Below, in pieces: positions 43,847-54,725 of a stretch of 64,000 bases of DNA. Source of the DNA: a virus (taxonomy: Duplodnaviria; Caudoviricetes). The position numbers and the translations under genes were made by a program. Under the pieces are notes generated by a model. That model was given only the letters and a program-made list of their open reading frames with translations, ran no database searches and was not told the DNA's origin. Where the stretch lies: IMG/VR virus record IMGVR_UViG_2871846418_000001, positions 7,517 through 71,516 of that record. The stretch is one strand, 5' to 3'. Each line of letters starts with the position of its first letter. The first letter of the stretch is position 1.

Positions 43847-46800
43847 ATGGCCTACGATCCGCAACAACAGCGACCTGAAGAGCAAGCATTAAACAACAAC
43901 CGTGAATCGCTGAACATCCGTCAGCCAGGTGAGACTGGTAGTACTGGCTTCAACTGGGAGCAGGTGCGTAAAGCGCGGGAGGCCGCCGGCCGAAAATCAG
44001 TGAGCCCTGAGACAGATTACACGCTTAAGGATGCAGCAGTTGGGGTGGCCTCTGCGATCCCTTCGATAATCCACAATATTGGTGAGTTCGGCACTGCATC
44101 GTTAAACAGCACTGAACAGTTGATTCAAAATGACGATCTTGCTGATATGGATCCAGTATCGCGTAACGCGATTCTGCAATCACGCGGTACTGCGCAAGCA
44201 TTTAAATCAATCGGAGGTATCGCAGGAAAAATCGCTGATAAAGTCAATGAAAATTATAGTGATGGGGCTAAAGCAGCTACCCAGACCCCTATTATAAAAG
44301 ATGACGGTAAAGGCGGTATTGCACTTGGAGAGGGGGCTTTCAACTCTGATGTCTGGTTGTCAAAAGCGGTACCGACTCTTGCGGAGCTTTTTGCTACCGG
44401 CGGCGTAGCGAAACTAGGTGCAGCATCTGCGGCTAAAGTTGCCGAAGATATGGCATTTAAAAGCCTTAGTAGAAAGCTTCCAGAGGAACAGGCGCGATCC
44501 ATAGCGCAAGCTGCCGCTCAGCAGGCGGCTGAACGGGCACAACGGAATATCTTCATAGGAACCTCCGCCGCAACCGCTCAAGGTGGAGGTGGTGTTAACT
44601 TGCGTCAGCAAGTTAACCAAATCCCATTCAATGATCTGATTGGCAGCAAAACATTCCAGGATGAATTCAACCGTATTGATTTGAATCCAGAAAATAACAA
44701 GTTAAGTGACACTCAAAAATTAACTCTGGCAAGAGAGTCTGTAGCCAATCAGATGAGTGCAACTATGGTAACAGATCCGAGAATGTTGGCAGTTAATCTG
44801 GCGGCATCGACATTCGGTGACCATACATTGATGAAGTTGATTACTGGCAAGGCAGCCGCGAAGACTATAGGTTCAGGGGCGCTACTTGGAGCATCTGCGG
44901 AAGGTGGGACCGAGTTTGCACAAGGGGCCAGCCAGCGTTATTTGCAAAACCAAGAGTTATCGAATACTGCTGGGCAGCGAATTGATCCAATGAAGGATGT
45001 TTTATCATCGGGATTTGAAGGCGCGGCACTGGGGGCAGGGATCGGTGCTGGTGCGGGCGCTATTGGCGGTTTTCGTGGCAGCCGGTCAGCACATGAACAG
45101 CAGGGGGCTGAGAAACAAAATCAACCAGCTAATGCTGAAAATGCCACCGGGGAGCAGCAGCCGGTCAGCGGCAATAATCCAGATGTAATGCCAGAACAAC
45201 CGGCACCGGCAGCACCTGGTCAGTTTGCCTCTGAAGAGGTTGCCGGCGCCGCGTCAACGCGTGCTGATGAGTTCAGAGACATTCCCGCATACCTGCGCCA
45301 AGACCCGCGAATCCAAGGCTTCGCCGAGGATAACGATGTGCAGCGTGCGCTGGCGGAACAACAGCCATCGCCGACGGCGGACGAATTAATCCAGCAGCAA
45401 ATGGAGTCGGGCGATCAGGGATATTCCCCGGATGAGCTCGCAGCTCAAGATCGCGCGGACCAAGTTCGCGAGGCATTGATGCCGCGACTGCCAGCCCCGG
45501 GTAAAACATCCGTCATCGCCATGCCTGGTGAAGTGGCAAATGTGAATGCTGACGAAGCACAGGTTGGCACTGGGCCACAGTTCCGCGCGGGGGAGCAAGT
45601 TCGTGGCCAGCAGTACATTCCACGCGAGGTGGATCCACGGGTAAACGAAGTTGGCCGCGCATCGCAGACCTATGACGGCGAGACGATTCCTGGCAATGCG
45701 ATCACCGACAAGAACATCATTTTCGCTGATGGGCCAGTACCCAATACTGACGAGGTGCAGGCCGGAGCAACGCCAGCATTCACCCGGGGTGAAACGCGCG
45801 ACCAGCGTAACCTGCGTGAATACTCCGAGGGCATCGGTGCCAATAGTCAGCCTCAGGGATTGCCGGACAATCGACAGCGCGCTGGTGGTGTTCCCATTGA
45901 TGCGCAGACTGAGGCTTACGCCAAGGGTGAGTCAGTCGGTGAACTCCGGTTCTTTGGTGATAAACCATTCGCTACATTACGAATGGCGCAGGCATCCCGT
46001 TCAGGGAAAACCCCAGGAGCCAAGTTTGAAGCGGTTGAGGGAGGGTATGCGATACGCATGCCGGTAGAGAAAGCGCCGGTCGTAGAGCCACAGGCTACAG
46101 AAAGCGGCCTCACTAAAGATGAGTCTGCTGAGCTGATACAGAGATTGCTGGCTGATGATCGAGCAGGCGGCCATGTCATGGATATTTTCAGGGCCGCGCA
46201 TGGAACACCAGATGAGCGACGTATGCATGGTGCTACGTATCGCCCAATGCTTAACGAGCTGCGCGCCAAAAAACCACACTGGCGCGGTGGCGCTGAATTT
46301 GGCCGGGAAGATGATGCTCACGGGGCCACTCGCCACCAGGACGAGATCAACGACTTCGGGCAGGAAATCAAAGGGGCTGCTAAGCACAAGTGGGGGAAAT
46401 TCTCGGAAGCAATGGAGCGCGAGGCCACGGACGAACAGTATCGAACTGAACCTCTGTCCAAGCTGTTCCCGCAACCTGATTACAACAAGATGTCTGCTGG
46501 TGGGATCAGCCACGATAAGCTGGCGATGATCTCTATCTTGCGCGCGCAGATCCCGCCGACCAAACCGAAGCGTTTACTACAGCGCTGGGTCGAATCTGCG
46601 CAGGTGATGAAAGGCCTCTCTGCGGATCTGCTCGAAGGGCGGGTCAGCGTTTCTGATGTCCGTGAGCAAATGCGCGCCAGCAGTAATTTGCGGGGGATGT
46701 TGGACACGCACGACTTCATCTCTTCCCTCCCTCCCGAGCAAATGGCTACAGCCTCGAAATATCGTATCCGTCAGTCGAAATATTCAATGTACGCCGGCAA

Positions 46801-49800
46801 GCAGTACCCAGCTCCGGGGAAGCTGATCTACGAACTGGAGACTGCGAAAGGTAAGACTGTTAGTGGTGTGTCCGATGCTGACAAAGACAAATTTATGGGT
46901 AAGGCGCGAGCCTACGTTGAGCAGGAAAGCGGCAGCTCGTCGGTGCCGAAGCAAACCAATTTTGGCATTTTCCTCGATCGGAAGAAGCGTGATGTTTTCA
47001 TCGGTTACAAAGGTGCCAGTGGCATCGCCAGAGTAAAGGAAGGGTTCAAGGATGCTCGTAAGGCCCGCGATTTTATCAATGAACACCGCGATGAACTGGA
47101 AGGTTTGGTGGCCCAGCAACGAGAGCAGGCGCGTACTGAGCAACGTCGGGATACGAATGCTCCGCGTAATGGGGTTGCGCGCCGTTCATCGGACGTTACC
47201 ACTGAGCAATTTGATAAAGAGTTTGGCTTCCGTGGCGTTCAGTTCGGCAATTACGTTGAGTCGGGGCGGCGCCAGGCAGAACTGAATGATGCCTTTGACA
47301 GCCTGCAGGACATGGCCGAGATCATCGGCGTGCCACCAAAGGCCCTTTCGCTGAATGGTGAGTTGGGCCTTGCATTCGGTGCTCGCGGGCGTGGCGGCTC
47401 GAATGCGGCCAAGGCGCATTATGAGCCGGGGGAGGTTGTGATTAACCTGAACAAGAACAATGGCGCCGGATCCCTGGCTCATGAGTGGTTCCACGCTCTG
47501 GACAACTATTTCGGCCAGGCGGATGTCGGTGGTGGGCGAGGTGATAATTATGCGACAGTTCGCCGCCGGCAGACCATGAAGTTTAAAGACGGCAAGATGG
47601 TGCCGGCTGATTTCCCTGTGCGTCAAGAAGTCTGGGATGCCTGGAAAGGGGTGATGAAAGCCGTCGGCGACAGCGGTATGGTTGCGCGTGCGCAGAAGCT
47701 GGACGAGCTGCGCAGTAAGCCATATTGGGCTACCAACCTTGAAATGGCTGCCCGTTCGTATGAGCGTTATATCCTCGATCGCGCAGAAGCCAAAGGTATC
47801 CGGAACGACTATCTGGTCAACCTTAAGAAAGCCGATGAGCACGGCAATCCATCAACGTATGCATATCCGACGGAGACAGAGCTGAATAATGGCGTTCGTG
47901 ATGCCTTTGACACCCTCTTCAAAACGCTGAAAACCAAGCCTACAGATCGCGGTGTGGCCTTCTACTCGAAAGATGGCCTCGACATTGGCGGTGGCAATGT
48001 CCTTTCTGAAGGCAACTTTGATGTGTCTGGGGCGAAGCCCGAAAAGGGAATGGGGGACCGACAGGCGCAGCACATCGCTGACCAATGGGTCCGCCGCTAC
48101 AATGGCGCAGCAAAAATCAAAGTTCAGGTGGTTCAAACCCAGGCCGACGCCGCTACGATGATGCCGAATGGCATTCCTAAGGAGTTCGGTACCGTGCACG
48201 CCATTTATCAGCCGGAGCTTAGCCGCGTGATTGTGGTTGCCGATAACATTGCGAACGGAAAGCAGCTTCGTGCCAAGCTGCGCCACGAGGTTTTGGCGCA
48301 CCACGGCTTGGCATCAGTGATCGGTGATGTGGAGTATGACCGCATTCTGAGAGTGTTACACCAAACGCGCGACAGTTCGAATGGGGAGATCCAAGACGTC
48401 TGGAAGCAGGTGAAAAAGTCCTACGGCAACGAGTCAGCTGAAGTACAGGCCAACGAGTTCCTGGCCCATATGGCCGAACGCTCGGAACTGACAGGGTTCG
48501 GAGCTGCTTGGGATCGCGTCATCATCGCGATCACCAATGCCCTCCGCAAGCTAGGATTTTTCAATCCGGGTGATATCTCACATGCAGAGATCCGCAATAT
48601 CTTGCGTTCCATTGCCGGCCGGTTCAAGCGTACTGCCATGTATGAAGGGGAGCAGCCAGGGAGCAGGGAGTTCAACAACACATTTAGTCGAACTGATGCG
48701 TTGTACTCGGCATCGAGTCGCAAGGATCCGTTCAAACCAGACAGCTACGATGCGAAGAAGTTTGCTGCTGAAGTTGAAGACATTGCTGGAATGGATAATG
48801 CGCCGCGCGGCATGGTGCGATTGGGGGATACCCCAGCGGTTTATCAGGCTCTTGGGGCGCGTAATCTTGAAATGGTGATGCCTGCATCGGTCGTGCATAA
48901 GGCAACAGATCCGATGGTTCGCGCGCACCAGGTTAGGTTGGAGGATATGCAGCGGTTGCCCGAATTGATCGCCGATCCTGTTGCGGTAATGCGCTCTGCG
49001 ACCGAGGGGGATGCTCTGGTGGCCTTAGTTGAAGCGAAAGATGCTTACGGCAGTCCTGTTATTGCGGCGATTCACCTTAATGGGAAGGGCGCTGGTTTTG
49101 CCGAGATCAATAAGATTGCCAGCGTATACGGGAAGGAGAATAACACTGCTCTGCAGCGTCAGCTGGATAACAACTTGCTGTATCTGAACAATGAAAAAGC
49201 CGCTAAGTGGCTTCATGCAGTCGGGCTCCAATTGCCCGAGGCGAACACCCTTAACGGCTCTGATAAAAATATACTCTTTCCAGAGGACATCCGCAAGAAC
49301 ACGGCGCTCTACTCCCGCAGCGGTGGTGCCACGATGGATGAAATTACCAACCAGAAAATGGGGTTCAACGTCGAAAAAGGGAAACTGGATAAGGCGAAAG
49401 ACTTCTATGGAATGGTCCGATCGAAGGATAAGAGCGAGCTGAAAGCCTGGCTGCAGGATGTGGGCCGGAAGCTCAACACCAAAACCTTCGATGGCATGGC
49501 GCCGCTTAAGTACGCGGAAGACGCGGCTGGTAAATCAGATGCCCGATCATCCGCTTATATTGGCGCGCGCATGGCAGCAGGCGCTGGCTCAGTTACTGCG
49601 GCAACGCTGGAGCATGGCCTGCCAAAATACAACAAAGCAGAAGGGGTTGTTGAACGGCAGGCAGGTACCGGAAAAGAAGATGCGCTGATGGGGATTCTCG
49701 ACGCACTGGGTAATCATCGCGAAAACTTCCTCAAGTGGATCGCCGGCCACCGTTCTGAGCGCTTGATGGCGGAGGGTAAGGAAAACAACTTCACGGCAGA

Positions 49801-51913
49801 AGAAATCGCGTACATGAAGGGCTTGAACAAGGGGCATGAGGCGCTATTTGAGGCTCAGAAGAAGAAATATGATGCCTTCATCAAGTCGATTCTGGATCTG
49901 CAGCAGGACATGGGGTTAATTGATCCGGAAAGTCGCGCCAATTGGGAAAGCGCTTGGTATCTGCCGTATTATCGCGAGGCGGAAAATGGTGAGGTGAAAG
50001 GTCCCTGGAGTACCCGGGGCATCGCCAACCAAAGTAGCACCGTCCGTAAGCTGAAGGGTAGTGAGCTGACGATCAAAGATCCGATTGAGAACCTGTTCAA
50101 CTATGTAGCCAAGTCAGTGGATGCATCGATGAAGAATGAGGCTATGCGGCGTGCTGTGATTAACCTGGTTGACACCAACATGCTGGAGGTTATCGAGTCA
50201 CCGAATAAAATGGACTTCGAACGGATCGGCAAGGATGTCGTGAAGGTCTTTACCGATGGCAAAGAGCAGCTGGTGCAGATCAACGACCCTGAGCTTTATC
50301 GTGCATTCACCATGATCGACCTTGAACGCAGCAACTCTGCATTTATGAAGGCGGCACGACAGGCGAAGAAGGTGCTGACGATTGGCACAACCAGCATGCC
50401 GGACTTCATCATCCGAAATTTCCTGCGTGACTCCCTCCATTCGTGGGCTATCAATAAAGACGGGTTTAAGGCCGGTATAGACTCCCTGAAGGGGTTCAAA
50501 AAGGCGCTTAAAACCGATGACAGCCTGATCGATATGATGTTTGCCGGCGCCACGTTTGGCGGTGGATATTCCAACGTTTATGACCCAGCTTCGACTGCGC
50601 GCTCAATCCGTGGCGTCTTGCGTCGTAAAGGGTATACCGACAGTCAGATCAAAGAGTTCGAGTTGTCCATTGTGCGAAACGGCAAAGAGGTGATGGACAA
50701 GCTGGGAACAGGGCTGGAGAAGTATCGCCACCTTAGCGAATCGGCGGAGAATGCCAACCGACTGGCCACTTATGAGGCTGCAATTAAAGCGGGTAAGGGT
50801 AAGGCGCAGGCGGCATTTGAATCGCGTGATCTGATGGACTTCAGCATGATGGGAGCCAGCAAGATCATGATTAATCTTAGTGACATGCTGCCGTTCTTTA
50901 ACGCGCGCATGCAGGGGCTGAGTAAGCTGGGCAGGGCGATTAAAGAGGATCCGAAGTCAGTTCTTAAACGTGGCGGCATGATCACCGCTGCTTCTCTGGC
51001 ACTACTGGCACTTAACTGGGACGACAAACGTTATGAGGAATTGCCAGACTGGGATAAAGACACCTATTGGCATGCCTGGTTGCCCGGCGGTATTCACATC
51101 CGTTTGCCGAAGCCGTTCGAAATTGGACTGATGTTCGGTACGTTGCCGGAGCGGTTTATTCGAACTTTGGGTGGGCAGGACAGCCCAGGCAAATTTGGCA
51201 AGCTGGTGGCCCACAACTTCATGGAGACAATGGCCTTTAACCCAATCCCACAGGTAGCAATGCCGATCGCTGAAGCGTATGTTAATTATGACTTCTTCAA
51301 AGGTGGGCCGATCGAGAACATGGCGGACAGTAACCTGATTGCGGGGGCCAGATATAACGACCAGACCAGCCTGTTAATGCGTGAAATCGGTGGGGCTACA
51401 AATCTGTCACCGAAGATGCTGGATCACATCATTCAGGGGTACACCGGCAGCCTGGGCGCATATGTCATGGGGGCGACTAATATCATGATGCGTGGCATGC
51501 AGGATAATGGTGAAACCGCGTCTATGCGACTGGATGAAATGCCGGTGATTAAATCACTGTTGCGTGGTTATGGTGACGACCCGGCGAAGTCCACTCAGTT
51601 CAGTGAAGACTTCTACCGGATGATGACGCAGGTGAACCAGATCAACAGTACTATCAATTCTTACCGGAAGCAGGGGAGAATTGAAGATGCTCAAGAGTTG
51701 CAGGCGGCAAACAGGGATAAGTTGTCACAACGGAAAGGGTTAACGGCGACGCAGACAGAGCTCCGCCAGTTGAATAACCGGATTGAGCTGGTGCGCATTG
51801 ATCGTATTCTGACGGCAGAGCAGAAGAGGGAAAGGATTGACCGCTTTATGGCTCAGCGCAATAAGCTGGTACAGCAGGCTGTTGAGAGGGTAAATCCGTA
51901 CTTTAACAAATGA
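43847..51913 (+). CDS. Giant internal virion polyvalent protein (LPD1-, zincin-, MuF-C- and LPD38-like regions)
   Basis: 2688 aa; GAGSLAHEWFHALD, RHEVLAHHG, LPELIADPVAV, IRLPKPFEIG. Confidence 0.85.
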   Translation: MAYDPQQQRPEEQALNNNRESLNIRQPGETGSTGFNWEQVRKAREAAGRKSVSPETDYTLKDAAVGVASAIPSIIHNIGEFGTASLNSTEQLIQNDDLADMDPVSRNAILQSRGTAQAFKSIGGIAGKIADKVNENYSDGAKAATQTPIIKDDGKGGIALGEGAFNSDVWLSKAVPTLAELFATGGVAKLGAASAAKVAEDMAFKSLSRKLPEEQARSIAQAAAQQAAERAQRNIFIGTSAATAQGGGGVNLRQQVNQIPFNDLIGSKTFQDEFNRIDLNPENNKLSDTQKLTLARESVANQMSATMVTDPRMLAVNLAASTFGDHTLMKLITGKAAAKTIGSGALLGASAEGGTEFAQGASQRYLQNQELSNTAGQRIDPMKDVLSSGFEGAALGAGIGAGAGAIGGFRGSRSAHEQQGAEKQNQPANAENATGEQQPVSGNNPDVMPEQPAPAAPGQFASEEVAGAASTRADEFRDIPAYLRQDPRIQGFAEDNDVQRALAEQQPSPTADELIQQQMESGDQGYSPDELAAQDRADQVREALMPRLPAPGKTSVIAMPGEVANVNADEAQVGTGPQFRAGEQVRGQQYIPREVDPRVNEVGRASQTYDGETIPGNAITDKNIIFADGPVPNTDEVQAGATPAFTRGETRDQRNLREYSEGIGANSQPQGLPDNRQRAGGVPIDAQTEAYAKGESVGELRFFGDKPFATLRMAQASRSGKTPGAKFEAVEGGYAIRMPVEKAPVVEPQATESGLTKDESAELIQRLLADDRAGGHVMDIFRAAHGTPDERRMHGATYRPMLNELRAKKPHWRGGAEFGREDDAHGATRHQDEINDFGQEIKGAAKHKWGKFSEAMEREATDEQYRTEPLSKLFPQPDYNKMSAGGISHDKLAMISILRAQIPPTKPKRLLQRWVESAQVMKGLSADLLEGRVSVSDVREQMRASSNLRGMLDTHDFISSLPPEQMATASKYRIRQSKYSMYAGKQYPAPGKLIYELETAKGKTVSGVSDADKDKFMGKARAYVEQESGSSSVPKQTNFGIFLDRKKRDVFIGYKGASGIARVKEGFKDARKARDFINEHRDELEGLVAQQREQARTEQRRDTNAPRNGVARRSSDVTTEQFDKEFGFRGVQFGNYVESGRRQAELNDAFDSLQDMAEIIGVPPKALSLNGELGLAFGARGRGGSNAAKAHYEPGEVVINLNKNNGAGSLAHEWFHALDNYFGQADVGGGRGDNYATVRRRQTMKFKDGKMVPADFPVRQEVWDAWKGVMKAVGDSGMVARAQKLDELRSKPYWATNLEMAARSYERYILDRAEAKGIRNDYLVNLKKADEHGNPSTYAYPTETELNNGVRDAFDTLFKTLKTKPTDRGVAFYSKDGLDIGGGNVLSEGNFDVSGAKPEKGMGDRQAQHIADQWVRRYNGAAKIKVQVVQTQADAATMMPNGIPKEFGTVHAIYQPELSRVIVVADNIANGKQLRAKLRHEVLAHHGLASVIGDVEYDRILRVLHQTRDSSNGEIQDVWKQVKKSYGNESAEVQANEFLAHMAERSELTGFGAAWDRVIIAITNALRKLGFFNPGDISHAEIRNILRSIAGRFKRTAMYEGEQPGSREFNNTFSRTDALYSASSRKDPFKPDSYDAKKFAAEVEDIAGMDNAPRGMVRLGDTPAVYQALGARNLEMVMPASVVHKATDPMVRAHQVRLEDMQRLPELIADPVAVMRSATEGDALVALVEAKDAYGSPVIAAIHLNGKGAGFAEINKIASVYGKENNTALQRQLDNNLLYLNNEKAAKWLHAVGLQLPEANTLNGSDKNILFPEDIRKNTALYSRSGGATMDEITNQKMGFNVEKGKLDKAKDFYGMVRSKDKSELKAWLQDVGRKLNTKTFDGMAPLKYAEDAAGKSDARSSAYIGARMAAGAGSVTAATLEHGLPKYNKAEGVVERQAGTGKEDALMGILDALGNHRENFLKWIAGHRSERLMAEGKENNFTAEEIAYMKGLNKGHEALFEAQKKKYDAFIKSILDLQQDMGLIDPESRANWESAWYLPYYREAENGEVKGPWSTRGIANQSSTVRKLKGSELTIKDPIENLFNYVAKSVDASMKNEAMRRAVINLVDTNMLEVIESPNKMDFERIGKDVVKVFTDGKEQLVQINDPELYRAFTMIDLERSNSAFMKAARQAKKVLTIGTTSMPDFIIRNFLRDSLHSWAINKDGFKAGIDSLKGFKKALKTDDSLIDMMFAGATFGGGYSNVYDPASTARSIRGVLRRKGYTDSQIKEFELSIVRNGKEVMDKLGTGLEKYRHLSESAENANRLATYEAAIKAGKGKAQAAFESRDLMDFSMMGASKIMINLSDMLPFFNARMQGLSKLGRAIKEDPKSVLKRGGMITAASLALLALNWDDKRYEELPDWDKDTYWHAWLPGGIHIRLPKPFEIGLMFGTLPERFIRTLGGQDSPGKFGKLVAHNFMETMAFNPIPQVAMPIAEAYVNYDFFKGGPIENMADSNLIAGARYNDQTSLLMREIGGATNLSPKMLDHIIQGYTGSLGAYVMGATNIMMRGMQDNGETASMRLDEMPVIKSLLRGYGDDPAKSTQFSEDFYRMMTQVNQINSTINSYRKQGRIEDAQELQAANRDKLSQRKGLTATQTELRQLNNRIELVRIDRILTAEQKRERIDRFMAQRNKLVQQAVERVNPYFNK

Positions 51914-52050
51914 AGCTCATTGTTAATTGGGATGATCACCGACACTCAGCACTATTTTTGATGAAGTTTTTCATAAAAATTAGTTATACTAAGAAGCTTC
52001 CCTCTTACTTCATTCGAAACTATGAAAATTATTGCTGCGGAGTGAGCATT

Positions 52051-52914
52051 TTGACTGAGCTGTCTCAATGGATATTAGGGGTCGCAGCTTCAGCTGGGAC
52101 CCTAGGTTTTATTGCATACATGATGCGGTCTACTCTGGGCCGCTTTTTCACAAAATCAGTTGAATATCAGTTCGATAAGAAATTTGAAAAATTTAAGGCT
52201 GGTATCAGAAGTAACGAAAAAGAGTTAGAGCAAATCAGATCTTTCTTGGTTTTAGCTCGAAGAGAACGTGACTCGACGCTTCAGTTTAAGCGTTTTGAGG
52301 CAGCAGAAGCTCTTATGCGTTTACGCCAAGCACTTTATGAATTAAAAATGCTTGTGGAGTATTTAAGTTTTCTTAATATTGATGAGGTTATGAAAAATGG
52401 CGATGATCCAAAAATCACTGCCTTCATTAATGCTTTAATCATACCAATCAATATTGATGGAAAGCTTAAGGCATATAGTGAAATAGACAAAACCTTACCT
52501 GAGCTATATCTAAGTGAATGTTCTAAAAAAACATTCGAAATATACAAAGGCATCATTTTAAATGCTGTGGCTACAATGAAAATTCTTAGCATTCCTTTAA
52601 GGAATAAACCAGATTTAATTAAAAGAGACAGTCTCGTTAAAAAGATAATTGAAGCCGTACCATCGTCAAAAGGTGGTTTTGAAAAGTATGGTGATAGTTA
52701 CGCATTCTATTGGCTGGATTATTTTTACTCAGAAACATTGAACGAACTTCGCAATGAATTACTGGGTGCTGCTAATATGACCAGTGATACAGAAGCAGCT
52801 ACACGCCTGGTTGTGGACTCTTTCCGTGCACAGACAGAGCTTCGTTCATCTCTGCAACAGTATGGGCTTTCAGAAGCATTACTTAAATCAGATGCCAATG
52901 TTGAGGTAGGTTAA
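52051..52914 (+). CDS. AT-rich moron, N-terminal TM + coiled-coil
   Basis: GGAG RBS before TTG 52051 (start uncertain). Confidence 0.68.
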   Translation: MTELSQWILGVAASAGTLGFIAYMMRSTLGRFFTKSVEYQFDKKFEKFKAGIRSNEKELEQIRSFLVLARRERDSTLQFKRFEAAEALMRLRQALYELKMLVEYLSFLNIDEVMKNGDDPKITAFINALIIPINIDGKLKAYSEIDKTLPELYLSECSKKTFEIYKGIILNAVATMKILSIPLRNKPDLIKRDSLVKKIIEAVPSSKGGFEKYGDSYAFYWLDYFYSETLNELRNELLGAANMTSDTEAATRLVVDSFRAQTELRSSLQQYGLSEALLKSDANVEVG

Positions 52915-52948
52915 ATACATTTTAACCATTTTTATAGGCTATTTACTC

Positions 52949-53161
52949 TCATTTTAGTGATTGATGGATAGCCGCAAAGATGAACAGGACAACAAAAAAG
53001 CCAACGATACCAAGGATTACGCTGGTATCGCTGTCCAGATCCATACGACCCTTGCCTGCAAGCATGTAGGCAGCGATGAGGAAGGGGATGCAGAACGCCG
53101 GGTGTATCATCACCATAACGGCGGCAAGAATTAGGCATATAGTGAAGGCGGTTGAGGTCAT
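52949..53161 (-). CDS. Small hydrophobic membrane protein (70 aa)
   Basis: Two to three hydrophobic segments. Confidence 0.6.
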   Translation of the reverse strand: MTSTAFTICLILAAVMVMIHPAFCIPFLIAAYMLAGKGRMDLDSDTSVILGIVGFFVVLFIFAAIHQSLK

Positions 53162-53314
53162 TTTTGCTTCCGAATTATCCACGAATATAAACGAAACATC
53201 AGGTAACTATATGATCTTTAAGGGCTTGCATGGGGCGTGTTGTGCTGTTTTATGGGGCTGAAAAATCATATATTTAATTGATTTAAAAGGATAATTTTTA
53301 TATTTGACGGCTTT

Positions 53315-53338
53315 AGGAATCGTATTCGGTCTTTTTTT
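53315..53338 (+). other. att core, duplicated 3' end of sdsR/ryeB sRNA
   Basis: AGGAATCGTATTCGGTCTTTTTTT matches my recollection of the SdsR terminator 3' arm; flanked by ATGGGGC x2 and TGTCCGAA x3 arm-like repeats. Confidence 0.78.
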
Positions 53339-53416
53339 GGGTTGTTGATTTTAAAGGATTTATTTTCGTTTGTCCGAAAATGTCCGAAATATGTCCGAAT
53401 TTTGATATTCGGTCTT

Positions 53417-54050
53417 TTACAGCATCACGTACTCTTTCCCCCTCGTTTTGAGATATTTCAGCGTCATCATTTCCGTTGTATGTCCCAGCAGCTTTTGAGC
53501 AAATGCCTTGTCGTTCTGCTTTTCGTACAGGCGGCCGGACAGGCTTCGGATCTCGTGGAACGTCGGCGGGCTTTCCTGAAATTCCAAACCTGATGCTTTC
53601 CGCGCGGCGACAAATTTTTTCGTTAGCCCGTCGGGATGGATCGAACCATCTGGGCTATTTTTCCTGATGCCGGCGCTGATCATGAAGTCTGTCGTGCTGA
53701 CCAATCGGCATCGGTCAATAACGGTGCCAAGCCGCAGGCCCATACATTTCAGTTCAAGATCAAGGGGGAGGGAGAGCAAAGCCCCCGTCTTGCCTTGTTC
53801 AACCTGCAGGCGTCCGTCAACGATATGGCTAAAGCGCATTTGTGTCAGATCCTCGCGGCGCTGGCCGGAGACCAAAGCGAGATCCATCGCCAGGCAGAAC
53901 CAAGGCGGCATTGTTTCCGCGGCCTCTCGAATCGGCCCGTATTGAGCCAGTTCCAGGCGCTCGCGCTTCACCACGACTTTTGCGGCGCGGGTAGGCGTTA
54001 CGGGATTGTTTTCAATATGACCTTCAACAATCGCTTCACGGAAGATATTT
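53417..54050 (-). pseudogene. int: Tyrosine integrase, N-terminally truncated
   Basis: SGQRRED, HEIRSL, LLGH, Y present; integrase-like sequence stops near IFREA at about 54050. Confidence 0.88.
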
Positions 54051-54244
54051 ACGAACTGCAGCGCTTGGGACGCTCTCCCGAAAGCATCGCGCTGATGCTC
54101 CGCATGCCACTCGATAGGGTGCTGCACATTCTGAAGCCCCTAACGGCCGTACGCTGCGAGATACAGAAAAGCGTGGCAAGTGGGTTACCACCACGTGAAA
54201 AAGACGTCATGCGCCGTCTGGCGGCCGAATCGAGGGCATAAGCC

Positions 54245-54490
54245 ATGGCCGGGCAATCGGACTATCTACCGCCCGGCCTGCCATTTAATCGAGGCGCATG
54301 GACGCAGGAACAACGCGATTTAGAGCAGTTCGGCCTGCGCGCCTGCGGCCTGGTTCGCGATCTGTTCGCGAGGAAGATCACCCGCCCCACGGTGCTGGTG
54401 GCGATTGAAGAGGCGCCGGAGCAATACCGGGAACATTTCAGAGCACGCCTGAATTACTGGCGTGATCGCAAAGAGGGGAAGGGGCTGTGA
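54245..54490 (+). CDS. Hypothetical phage protein
   Basis: MAGQSDYLPPGLP...FRARLNYWR. Confidence 0.65.
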   Translation: MAGQSDYLPPGLPFNRGAWTQEQRDLEQFGLRACGLVRDLFARKITRPTVLVAIEEAPEQYREHFRARLNYWRDRKEGKGL

Positions 54491-54725
54491 GATCTTTGAA
54501 CGATTGGGTAATCTTCAACTAGTGGGCTCTTTAGTAAATCACTTCAAATAATAGCAGCAAAATAACTTACTGAAATTATTATTACGATTAGCATTATTTG
54601 GTGTGGCGTATGTTTATAAAAACAGTATTGTAGTGATTCATGACTTTAACTTAATATTATCATTGGAGATGTTTGATTTTTTAGGCGTAGACTTGTCGGT
54701 TTTTATCTTGACGAAAGGGACTGAA

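Larger units (their letters stand above)
1..53338. mobile_element. Temperate prophage, lambdoid early region with 933W-like podovirus late region; left end outside window
   Basis: Ordered recombination, immunity, replication, Q, lysis, packaging, capsid, tail and ejection modules, ending at an att-like core at 53315-53338. Confidence 0.93.

Noticed and set aside
53417-54127. 236-aa ORF as a functional integrase
   Set aside because: The first 25 or so residues come from unrelated antisense sequence; the N-terminal DNA-binding domains are missing
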